From Candidatus Saccharimonadota bacterium (GTDB lineage: Bacteria; Patescibacteriota; Saccharimonadia; Saccharimonadales; JACDBH01): a stretch of 64,000 nt of DNA. This document shows positions 37,765 to 46,124 of this stretch, in pieces (position 1 is the first letter of the stretch; each line of letters opens with the position of its first letter). The position numbers were made by a program, and so were the translations under genes. Under the pieces are notes generated by a model that was given only the letters and a program-made list of their open reading frames with translations, searched no databases and was not told where the DNA came from. The stretch lies in assembly GCA_028289135.1 (NCBI GenBank), contig JAQGGW010000004.1, positions 758-64,757 on the forward strand, written 5' to 3'.

Positions 37765-39240
37765 TTATTTCTTAACTAAGCTTGTCTGGGTCAAAGAAGT
37801 ACGACCAGTAACAGTTTTGGAAGGCGCCAGCGTAAAGACGGTTTTAGAATCAGGGCTAAAGAAAGCGCCGTTTAAAAGGCTAGGCACCAATGTTTGTTCG
37901 TTGGATCCTTCAAAATCAGTAATATAACTCTGGTTATTATTAACAGCCTTAAAGCGGAAGCTATCCATCCAGGCCACCTTTTGGGTTGGATCAGTAAGAG
38001 GCAGCGAAACCTTAAATTGACGGTCACCTTCGATATCATAAACCACAAAATTTGTGCCGGATTGGGCGGCTATGAGATGCGAGTCGGGCGAGAATGATAC
38101 AAACTGAGGGTTAGGTAGCCGTAGCACCGCCGGGATCAACAATGCCTTGTTTTGCTGGCCTTTAAGCGTTGGCAATGGATCGGTATAGACAAACACCGCG
38201 TCATCCAAATTGGTGCCCACGGCGTAATACGGCGTGCCGTCAAACTGGTCGACATCAAACAGATATGTCTGAGCTTCGGTTACTGTCTTTAACAGATAAG
38301 ATGCTCTGTCATTTTCGCGGATCCGGACATCTACTTTGCCCGTGTCGGCGCCGGTTTTTGTGGCATAGAGCAAAATATCGGGCCCATAAGACCGGTAGGC
38401 AATGACGTTGTTAACAATTGCCCCAGAAACCGTCCGGTTTTTAAGATCACCCTGGCGCACTACGCCGCCTGTTGCGTCATAGATATAAATTTGATCTGGT
38501 TTTTTGTCGCGCAGCGTTACCGAACTTGGTGCCACTGTTAGGGTGGTGTTGATACTAAGGCTGCTGGCAATATTGGTTATGTCAACCATTAAGAATTCGC
38601 TTGTGTCGTCGTAGCTCCGCTGCATAAGAAGATGTTTGTTATCGCCGGCCCACTGCAGCGCGGTAAGCGTGGCCGGTTTGGTAGGGTCTGTCAAGATTGA
38701 TGCTGGAATGGTTAATGTTGCTGGAGCTGCCGAAGGTGTATTTAGATCATAGACATCAAAAACATAGGTCTGGCCTGGCTGCTGCACCATAAGCCAGCGT
38801 TTATCAATGCTCTGGGTCGTTAAAAGCGGGGCAGAGGCATAAAGCTGGTTTTCAGAGGTAGCCAGGGTTTTTGGCACCAGTAAAGGATAGACAAGCCGCT
38901 CAATACTGCCGCCCGTAAGTGTAAATGTCCGCTTCCAGTCGCGGTAGCCGTCGGCCGTTAGCTTAATTGAATACTGTTTGCTGCCCGGGAGAACCAACCG
39001 CGTAGACGTCCGGTTGCCTTGGATAGTCCCGTCCAGATAAACATTGGCGCTAACAGGTTGCGAGTCAACAAAAACAGTACCATTTTGGATAATATCACCG
39101 GTTTTACGGTCATATGAAAAGCCCTGGGCGCTCACCAACACCAGCCAAGCAGCCAACGACAGCGCGACCGCCATTAGCAAATAGCCAAGCAGCAGGCGCC
39201 TGCGGTGTGATTTTTTACGTTTTGGGTCGAGGAAATCCAT
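37765..39240 (-). CDS. PEGA-domain membrane-anchored surface protein
   Basis: TM, then VDSQPVSANVYLDG...GYRDW, followed by a beta-rich propeller-like region. Confidence 0.8.
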   Translation of the reverse strand: MDFLDPKRKKSHRRRLLLGYLLMAVALSLAAWLVLVSAQGFSYDRKTGDIIQNGTVFVDSQPVSANVYLDGTIQGNRTSTRLVLPGSKQYSIKLTADGYRDWKRTFTLTGGSIERLVYPLLVPKTLATSENQLYASAPLLTTQSIDKRWLMVQQPGQTYVFDVYDLNTPSAAPATLTIPASILTDPTKPATLTALQWAGDNKHLLMQRSYDDTSEFLMVDITNIASSLSINTTLTVAPSSVTLRDKKPDQIYIYDATGGVVRQGDLKNRTVSGAIVNNVIAYRSYGPDILLYATKTGADTGKVDVRIRENDRASYLLKTVTEAQTYLFDVDQFDGTPYYAVGTNLDDAVFVYTDPLPTLKGQQNKALLIPAVLRLPNPQFVSFSPDSHLIAAQSGTNFVVYDIEGDRQFKVSLPLTDPTQKVAWMDSFRFKAVNNNQSYITDFEGSNEQTLVPSLLNGAFFSPDSKTVFTLAPSKTVTGRTSLTQTSLVKK

Positions 39241-39444
39241 ATAGTACTTCTATATCCGCTTAATTATTTTTGTCTTTATATTATACGCTTGTACTAAGTT
39301 ATATCAGATTCGGACTTCAGTTGCTACCAGGGCTTTGGACGATAGCCTGCGACTGAGTACAAACGTGACCTGATCTACTTGCATCGCAGGCATAAGCACA
39401 GTAAGATTAATCTAAGTAAGTTAGTATCTGCATAAAGCGTATAA

Positions 39445-40530
39445 ATGGGACAAAAAAGACACACCGTGGGAAAGCAGGAACACCAATCTATCATCGAGTT
39501 CAACGGCCAGCGGTTTAATGCGCGGACCGGCCGGTTAATCGACGGAATAAGCGCGCCCATCAGCCCAACAAAACCAACCATAAGCGATATGGCTCCAGCA
39601 AATCATGCTTCAAGAGCCTTAACCCCCAGTAAACAGGTCCACAAGACCCTACAGCCAAGCAAAACCTTGATGCGCCGGGCCGTACAAAAGCCCTCAACAA
39701 TTACCGACCGTAAAACCGTAGCCATGGATGTTGTTTCGCACACCCCGGGTCAAACCGCGGTCGAAAAGTTCCACAGCGTCAGCGCTGAACGTGACCTGCG
39801 TGCCGGTAAAATACGCCAAAACTCCCTAGTTAACCGCTTTGGCGGCGAACTGCATGCTAGCAAGTCTGTCATTGCACCAGAAAAGCTCAATATGCTGCCC
39901 GAAGAACAAACCGTCCGTGAAGTACTTGCGTCCCCATTGCTTAGCGCCAAATATGACAACCGGTCAGCAACCAGCAAAATGCTCGACAAAAGCCTCCGCA
40001 GCGCGACAAGCCACGAAGAAAAACCCATCAAAAAAGCAAAGCTTCACCACCGCCTAGGCAGCAAAGTCGGCCTTAGCGCCAAAGCCGCCAGCATTGCGGC
40101 CGGCAGCTTGGCCGTACTACTTGTTGGTGGCTTTGTGGCCTATCAAAACATCCCCAATCTTTCCATCCGCTACGCTAGCGCCAAAGCCGGAGTCCATGCC
40201 AGCTTGCCAACATACCAGCCAGCAGGTTTTGCCATTAATAGCCACGTTGGCTACAGCCCCGGCGTAATTAGCGTGGCCTACAAAGCCAACGCTGACAACC
40301 GGGCGTATACAATCACCCAAAAAACCACCAACTGGAACAGCGATGCTCTTAAAGAACACCTTATGGGTACGACCGGGATTATCCCGCAGAGCTACCCGGA
40401 CAACGGCCAGACAATTTATTTGCACGATAACAATCAGGCCGACTGGGTCAACAATGGCGTTTGGTACAGCATTACAGGCAACTCAAACCTCAATACCGAC
40501 CAGCTGATCAAAATTGCTACTTCTCTATAA
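39445..40530 (+). CDS. Single-TM protein with C-terminal DUF4367-like domain
   Basis: Basic disordered N-terminus, TM, LPTYQPAGF...WVNNGVWYSI...LIKIATSL. Confidence 0.7.
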   Translation: MGQKRHTVGKQEHQSIIEFNGQRFNARTGRLIDGISAPISPTKPTISDMAPANHASRALTPSKQVHKTLQPSKTLMRRAVQKPSTITDRKTVAMDVVSHTPGQTAVEKFHSVSAERDLRAGKIRQNSLVNRFGGELHASKSVIAPEKLNMLPEEQTVREVLASPLLSAKYDNRSATSKMLDKSLRSATSHEEKPIKKAKLHHRLGSKVGLSAKAASIAAGSLAVLLVGGFVAYQNIPNLSIRYASAKAGVHASLPTYQPAGFAINSHVGYSPGVISVAYKANADNRAYTITQKTTNWNSDALKEHLMGTTGIIPQSYPDNGQTIYLHDNNQADWVNNGVWYSITGNSNLNTDQLIKIATSL

Positions 40531-40554
40531 ATTTGTGAAATGTGCGTAAAAACC

Positions 40555-42375
40555 TTATTGTAATCTGTTTTTGACGCGTTCGAGGCCCATGACTTTCATT
40601 ATGGTCCAAAGGTCAGGTGTACGGTTTTTGCCGGTGAGTTTTACGCGGATAATGCGGGCAAAGTCAGCCACGTTGCCATTAAACTTTTCGGGTGATTCTT
40701 TAAAAACTCCATTGTCGGTAGAAAAACCTGTTTTTTCAGCCGCGGATTTTAGTTTATCGAACCACGTTTGCTGGTCATCATTTTCATCATAAGTACTCAT
40801 AAACTCCGCACATACTGTCGTAACGACGTCAGAAGGAAAGTCTTTAAGCTCTTCCGACACTCGTGAAATAAATTCTTCAGGGAATAAGCCGTCAAAAAAG
40901 TAGCTATAATTTTCTGGGGCATCCGACCATTTGGCCAAGTCTTTGCGTGGTTTGTCGCCGTCCCGTTCAATACTTAAGATCAGGTTTGTATAACTATCGT
41001 CTGCTTCCATTGCCGCTGCAAAACGTGGTGAATTATTGTTTGCCCAAGCCAAAATCTCTGCATTAAACTTATCTTGCGGCAAGCTGGCAATGTAGTCCTT
41101 GGCATAATCTTCAAGCTTTTTCATGTCCAGTAGCGGCGCGCGGCTGGCGGCCAGTTTTTCAAGCGAAATAGGGAAGTCAGTTACTGGTTTGCCGGGGTTT
41201 GCGCGGTACCAGTCTTCAAAGTTGGAGTTCGCTAATCCAAACAAATACGCCTTAACAGCCTCTATAGGGTAGCCAGCTTCCAGCCAATACTGCACGTTTG
41301 CTTCGTCGTCCTTGCGCTTGCTGAGCTTGCGTTTACCGCCGCCGTTTTTGTCGATGACCGATATTGGGGCAAAGTGGCCATAGGTAAAAGGTTCGATGTT
41401 TAACGCCTGGGCAAGTTCAATGTGCAGGGCAGTGCTTGGCAGCCATTCGTCGCTTCTAAACACTTTGGTAATGCGCATAAGATGGTCGTCCACGACATGC
41501 GCCAGGTGATAAGTTGGCAAGCGGTATTCATCGCTTTTAATTAGCGGCACATCCAGGTCGTTTTCAGGCACTTCCATTTTGCCTTTAAAAACATCGGTGT
41601 ACTGGATACGTTTTAGGTGGTCGCCGTTAGATCTAAAACGAAGCACAAATGGTTTTTCGGCGTCTAATGCTGCAATAATATCGGCTTCGGTTTTATTGCG
41701 CCACAAAGCCCAGTCGCCATAATAGCCCGGACGCTGCTTTTTAGCCTGCTGGTCTGCGGTTGCAGCTTTAAGTTCTTCTGGTGTTGCAAAGCAGGGGTAG
41801 GCGCGGCTATTTTTGAGTAGTTCCAGTGCGTAGCCCATGTACGTTTTACCGCGTTCACTCTGAAAATACGGGCCATAAGCGCCGCCCCCTGCAGCCCAGC
41901 CAGTGCGACTATCTGAGTTTTCTCCAGATGAGATAAAACTAATTTTCTCTGATGGAAGAGTAGTTTGATCTACTTTGACATCAGAAAAATCAGTTTTGGC
42001 CATTCGGGAAGGCTCAGTAGATGTGCTGGTCTGGGGTGTAGGGGGCGTGTCTGGGCCTTCATCATAGCCAAGATCAAATTCGCGGAAAGCATTAATAATG
42101 CCCTCAACCGAGCCTTCGACCTCTCGCTTTTTGTCGGTGTCTTCAATTCGCAGAATAAACACGCCGCCAGTCTGGTGAGCAATTCGTTCGTTTATAAGCC
42201 CGGCATAAATCGTGCCAATATGGACAAATCCGGTTGGGCTCGGCGGCACGCGCATTACCTCGGCACCGCCAGGCAACGAGCGGGCAGGGTAAGCTGCTTC
42301 ACTTTCCTGGCGTTCCGTATAGCCATGAGGCGCCAACAAAGCAGTTAAACGTTCAATAAGTTCAGGGGAATACAT
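40555..42375 (-). CDS. gltX: Glutamate--tRNA ligase carrying an in-frame about 53-aa insertion
   Basis: PSPTGFVHIG (HIGH), LRIEDTD, YGPYFQSER, PTYHLAHVVDDH, KLSKR. Confidence 0.95.
   Translation of the reverse strand: MYSPELIERLTALLAPHGYTERQESEAAYPARSLPGGAEVMRVPPSPTGFVHIGTIYAGLINERIAHQTGGVFILRIEDTDKKREVEGSVEGIINAFREFDLGYDEGPDTPPTPQTSTSTEPSRMAKTDFSDVKVDQTTLPSEKISFISSGENSDSRTGWAAGGGAYGPYFQSERGKTYMGYALELLKNSRAYPCFATPEELKAATADQQAKKQRPGYYGDWALWRNKTEADIIAALDAEKPFVLRFRSNGDHLKRIQYTDVFKGKMEVPENDLDVPLIKSDEYRLPTYHLAHVVDDHLMRITKVFRSDEWLPSTALHIELAQALNIEPFTYGHFAPISVIDKNGGGKRKLSKRKDDEANVQYWLEAGYPIEAVKAYLFGLANSNFEDWYRANPGKPVTDFPISLEKLAASRAPLLDMKKLEDYAKDYIASLPQDKFNAEILAWANNNSPRFAAAMEADDSYTNLILSIERDGDKPRKDLAKWSDAPENYSYFFDGLFPEEFISRVSEELKDFPSDVVTTVCAEFMSTYDENDDQQTWFDKLKSAAEKTGFSTDNGVFKESPEKFNGNVADFARIIRVKLTGKNRTPDLWTIMKVMGLERVKNRLQ
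41883..42047. mobile_element. 165-bp palindromic element inserted in-frame in gltX
   Basis: Nested inverted repeats CGCCCCCTGCA/TGTAGGGGGCG, CCAGTGC/GTGCTGG, CTGAG/CTCAG, AAAACT/AGTTTT, CTGATG/CATCAG, AGTAG/CTACT; coincide with extra residues between DEGPD and GGxYGPY. Confidence 0.8.
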
Positions 42376-42454
42376 ACCCTTGATTGTACCAGAGGTTATA
42401 CGCAGTTAAGAACTTTCATTTATATCGATAACGCTTATGGTACAATTTAGACAA

Positions 42455-43810
42455 ATGGATGATATTATCCGGCCGCGTCGGCCAAAAACACCGGTAAAAA
42501 CGGAGCCTGAGGCTTTTAAGAATATACCTAGTGGTCCAAGCACCCAAAAAGCGGCTAATTTTAACACTGGCGCCTTATCAAAAATTGCCTTAAAATCAGC
42601 TAAATCCGAATCAAAATTTAAAACGCCGGACGAAGTTGCCGACGAAGATATTGCCGCAGCTGCCATCGCTAAGGCTCCAGAAACAATAAACAGCGAAGAA
42701 GCGCCCGCCGAAGAAGTAAAAAAACGTAAATTTAGCTTTAAACCGCACATGCCGCATGGCAAAAAACAGTGGATTATCGCCAGCATCATAGCTGTTTTAG
42801 TACTTGGAGGCGGCAGTGCCAGCGCTTACTTTTTTGTCATTAAAAAGCCTGCCAAAGCTGCACCAGTTGTCGCAAAAGTAGTCAAAAAAGCTGTGCCGCC
42901 AAAAACCACCACCGAAGTTTCTAAGCTTAGCGGCCTGAGCGTGCCAATTGGTACCAACCTCGGCCCAGTAACGGCCGTCCAGATTGAAAACAGCCCCGAC
43001 GCCCGCCCGCAATCCGGCCTTAAAGAAGCCAGTATTGTTTATGAAGCCATCGCCGAAGGCGGAATTACCCGTTTTAACGCTATTTTCCAGGACACCGCGC
43101 CAGATTATATTGGCCCGATCCGCTCACTCCGCCCATACTACATCGACTGGTTCTTGCCGTTTGACGCCTCTATCGCCCACGTCGGCGGCGCGCCGCAAGC
43201 ACTGCAGGACATCAAAACCCTGGGCATTAAAGACCTCGACCAGTTTTATAACGGCGGCAGCTATGACCGCATCACCAGCCGCTATGCTCCGCACAACGTC
43301 TATACCTCCGTCGCGCGCCTAAACGACCTCGAAAAGTCTAAAGGCTTCACGAGTGCTACCTACACTGGTTTTTTACGTAAAAAAGATGCCGTTCCAACAA
43401 AGCCAGTAACACCTCCAACGGCTAAAATTGTCGACTTGAGTATTTCGAGCTACTTCTACAATGTGCATTACGACTACGACGCCGCCAAAAACGCCTACCT
43501 CCGCTCTGAGGGTGGCGCGCCGCACCTTGACCTAAAGTCTAGTACTCAGCTAGAACCAAAAGTGGTGGTAGCGATTGTAATGGGGCGTGGGATAGACGGC
43601 GACGGCGAACACACCGACTACACCACCGTTGGCAGCGGGCATATGTACGTCTTCCAGGACGGCGCAGTTCAAGAAGGCACATGGGCAAAAGACAGCCGCC
43701 AGGCCCAATGGAAATTTACTACTGCGGACGGCAAACCGATTGCGTTTAACGCCGGCCAAACGTGGATCAGCATGGTTGATAGCACCGGTTCTGTAACCTA
43801 TGCGCCTTAA
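42455..43810 (+). CDS. DUF3048 (YerB-like) membrane-anchored protein
   Basis: IENSPDARPQSGL, YEAIAEGGITR, GPIRSLR, APHNVY; start 42455 (or 42437). Confidence 0.85.
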   Translation: MDDIIRPRRPKTPVKTEPEAFKNIPSGPSTQKAANFNTGALSKIALKSAKSESKFKTPDEVADEDIAAAAIAKAPETINSEEAPAEEVKKRKFSFKPHMPHGKKQWIIASIIAVLVLGGGSASAYFFVIKKPAKAAPVVAKVVKKAVPPKTTTEVSKLSGLSVPIGTNLGPVTAVQIENSPDARPQSGLKEASIVYEAIAEGGITRFNAIFQDTAPDYIGPIRSLRPYYIDWFLPFDASIAHVGGAPQALQDIKTLGIKDLDQFYNGGSYDRITSRYAPHNVYTSVARLNDLEKSKGFTSATYTGFLRKKDAVPTKPVTPPTAKIVDLSISSYFYNVHYDYDAAKNAYLRSEGGAPHLDLKSSTQLEPKVVVAIVMGRGIDGDGEHTDYTTVGSGHMYVFQDGAVQEGTWAKDSRQAQWKFTTADGKPIAFNAGQTWISMVDSTGSVTYAP

Positions 43811-43837
43811 TTATGAGATCTAAAGGGTAGGCAAATA

Positions 43838-45388
43838 ATGGATAATTTTAAGAAATTCAGCAGCGACCTCACGGCATACGGCTTTTTTTGGATATTTATT
43901 AGCAGCCTTTTAGCTGTTGGTGCGTACCTTTTATGCAGCCGTGTCTTTAAGCTTAATGACCTATTTTCACTGCTTGCGACCACCGTTATAGCCTTATTGC
44001 TATCTGTTGGAGTTGCCAAACTTCTTGTCATGGCCGTTAGTGAACCGTTTAAGGCGATCTGGCAGGCGCTTTGGCAGCTGACAGAGAGCGCAGGCAATGT
44101 ACCAACTCCCCAGCCAGACAAGCTAACCCACGGAAGGGAGCTGGCCATGTCGATGATAAAACAGATGTACCAGCTTGGCGGTACGCAGGCTGCTTCAGCC
44201 GTAGTTACGACGGCGGCTTCCCAAGCAGTCCCAGCTCCCGCGGCACAGAATACCCAACTGCTAGAAGTCATGCCGCTGCCGGTTTTTGCACTGGACGAAA
44301 ACGATATGGTCCAAAGCATTAACCAGCTGGCCGCGGACTACGCTGGACGCCCGCGCGAAGAAATTATCGGCAAGTCAATCAACGATGTTTTGCAGCTATC
44401 TTTTCAGACAAATGACACACTTGAAACATGGTTGGCATCCGCAAAGGCTAGTAGCGTTATGGCCAATTCGTCTTGGGATAGAGTCCGGATGCAAGTTGCC
44501 GACAAAGGCTTAAAGCAGTTTGACCTAATCGCGCGCTACGCCAAGGGCAACACGACCGGATATGACACGCTGCTTGGGATTTTTGACCACACCGAACGTT
44601 ATAGCAACGAAGACGGCAAGACAAGCTACGTGGCTTTGGCCGTGCATGAGCTCCGCACGCCGCTAACTGTACTGCGCGGCTACATTGAAGTATTCGAAGA
44701 CGAGCTAGACAGCAAGCTGACACCAGAGCTGCGTGACTTTATGCATAAAATGAGCGCGTCCGCCCAAGCTTTGACGGCTTTTGTCAGTAACATCCTAAAT
44801 GTTGCCCGTGTTGACGAAAACCAGCTTACTCTTAGCCTGCACGAAGCAAACTGGAATGAACTTTTGCCAGAATTTGCCAAAGACCTGGAGCTTCGCGCAA
44901 AAGTCCGCGGCAAAACCCTGGAGCTAGATATCCAGCCAAACCTGCCCGCGGTCGCAGTTGATAAAGTTAGCATCTACGAAGTAATAAGCAACTTGGTAGA
45001 TAACGCTATAAAATACAGCGGCACAAGCGCGAAGATAATACTGCATTCGGCGGTAGGCAAAGACGGCAATGTTGAAACAGTCGTCCAAGACTATGGAGTC
45101 GGCATTCCAGAGGGAGCCATGAGATATTTGTTTACCAAATACTACCGCAGCCATCGCAACAAGGGTAGTATAAGCGGCAGCGGCCTGGGGCTATATCTTG
45201 TCAAAGCCATTGTCACAGCCCATGGCGGCAATGTCTGGGTCAATAGTAAAGAAGACGAGGGCAGCAGCTTTGGCTTTTCGGTAGTACCGTACACAAGCGT
45301 TGCCGCCGAGCTAAAAGACCCTGCAAACGCTAACATCGAACGCCAAGCGCACGGCTGGATAAAAAACCATTCAATGTATCGGAGATAA
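43838..45388 (+). CDS. Membrane PAS-domain histidine kinase
   Basis: 2 TM, PAS-like region, AVHELRTPL, NLVDNAIKY, GSGLGL. Confidence 0.92.
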   Translation: MDNFKKFSSDLTAYGFFWIFISSLLAVGAYLLCSRVFKLNDLFSLLATTVIALLLSVGVAKLLVMAVSEPFKAIWQALWQLTESAGNVPTPQPDKLTHGRELAMSMIKQMYQLGGTQAASAVVTTAASQAVPAPAAQNTQLLEVMPLPVFALDENDMVQSINQLAADYAGRPREEIIGKSINDVLQLSFQTNDTLETWLASAKASSVMANSSWDRVRMQVADKGLKQFDLIARYAKGNTTGYDTLLGIFDHTERYSNEDGKTSYVALAVHELRTPLTVLRGYIEVFEDELDSKLTPELRDFMHKMSASAQALTAFVSNILNVARVDENQLTLSLHEANWNELLPEFAKDLELRAKVRGKTLELDIQPNLPAVAVDKVSIYEVISNLVDNAIKYSGTSAKIILHSAVGKDGNVETVVQDYGVGIPEGAMRYLFTKYYRSHRNKGSISGSGLGLYLVKAIVTAHGGNVWVNSKEDEGSSFGFSVVPYTSVAAELKDPANANIERQAHGWIKNHSMYRR

Positions 45389-45391
45389 ACC

Positions 45392-45799
45392 ATGGATAAT
45401 GACCAACACAGTACACCAATCAATCAAAACGGCCTCAAAGTCCTCTGCGTTGAAGACGAATTTTTTATTAGCGAGCTGTACGACCGGGCGCTGCGTAAAG
45501 CTGGTTATGACGTAACTAATGCTCTTAATGGCAACGACGGGCTAGAGCTGGCCAAAACTGACCAGTACGACATTATTTTGCTAGACCTGATGGTGCCTGG
45601 CATGACGGGCATTGAAATCCTCAAAGTTTTAAGCGATGAAACGAAGACACCCAAAATCCATAGCAAGATAATTATTACCACCAACCTTGTCCAGGACGAT
45701 GCCGCCCGCCAAGAGATCGAAAGCCACGCCGACGGCTATATTATTAAAGCCGACATTACACCAAAAGAACTTGTCGCTTTCCTTGAGAAGCTCCGCTAA
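45392..45799 (+). CDS. Single-domain response regulator (CheY-like)
   Basis: CVEDE, LLDLMVP, IIKA; no output domain. Confidence 0.9.
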   Translation: MDNDQHSTPINQNGLKVLCVEDEFFISELYDRALRKAGYDVTNALNGNDGLELAKTDQYDIILLDLMVPGMTGIEILKVLSDETKTPKIHSKIIITTNLVQDDAARQEIESHADGYIIKADITPKELVAFLEKLR

Positions 45800-45874
45800 A
45801 GACGGGCCACTGGCTTAAAACAGGGAAATATGATAAGATTGCCTCTGTTATTTACATAATTTAGTAAAAATTAA

Positions 45875-45949
45875 GGTCCCGTCGTCTATCGGTTAGGACA
45901 CCAGGTTCTCATCCTGGTAAGAGGAGTTCGACTCTCCTCGGGATCACCA
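45875..45949 (+). tRNA. tRNA-Glu(CTC)
   Basis: GGTCCCG...CCAGG-TT-CTC-AT-CCTGG...GTTCGACTC...CGGGATC-A-CCA. Confidence 0.95.
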
Positions 45950-46124
45950 CGTCGCAGCTAACTCCAACCCGCCTAATTTCGCGCAAACAAGTGGCGCAAA
46001 ATTGGCGTTGGCCATCGCATTACTACTCCTTTAACCCACAAAGCAGCCTTTGCGGGGGACCCGAAGACTGCACAACGCTGTAATATTCATAACGCTTATG
46101 GTAAGATTGCTGTAAGTAACTTTA

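Noticed and set aside
41883..42047. Intein or group I/II intron in gltX
   Set aside because: Too short, no C/S...HN splice motifs or intron core; the simple nested palindrome explains it better.
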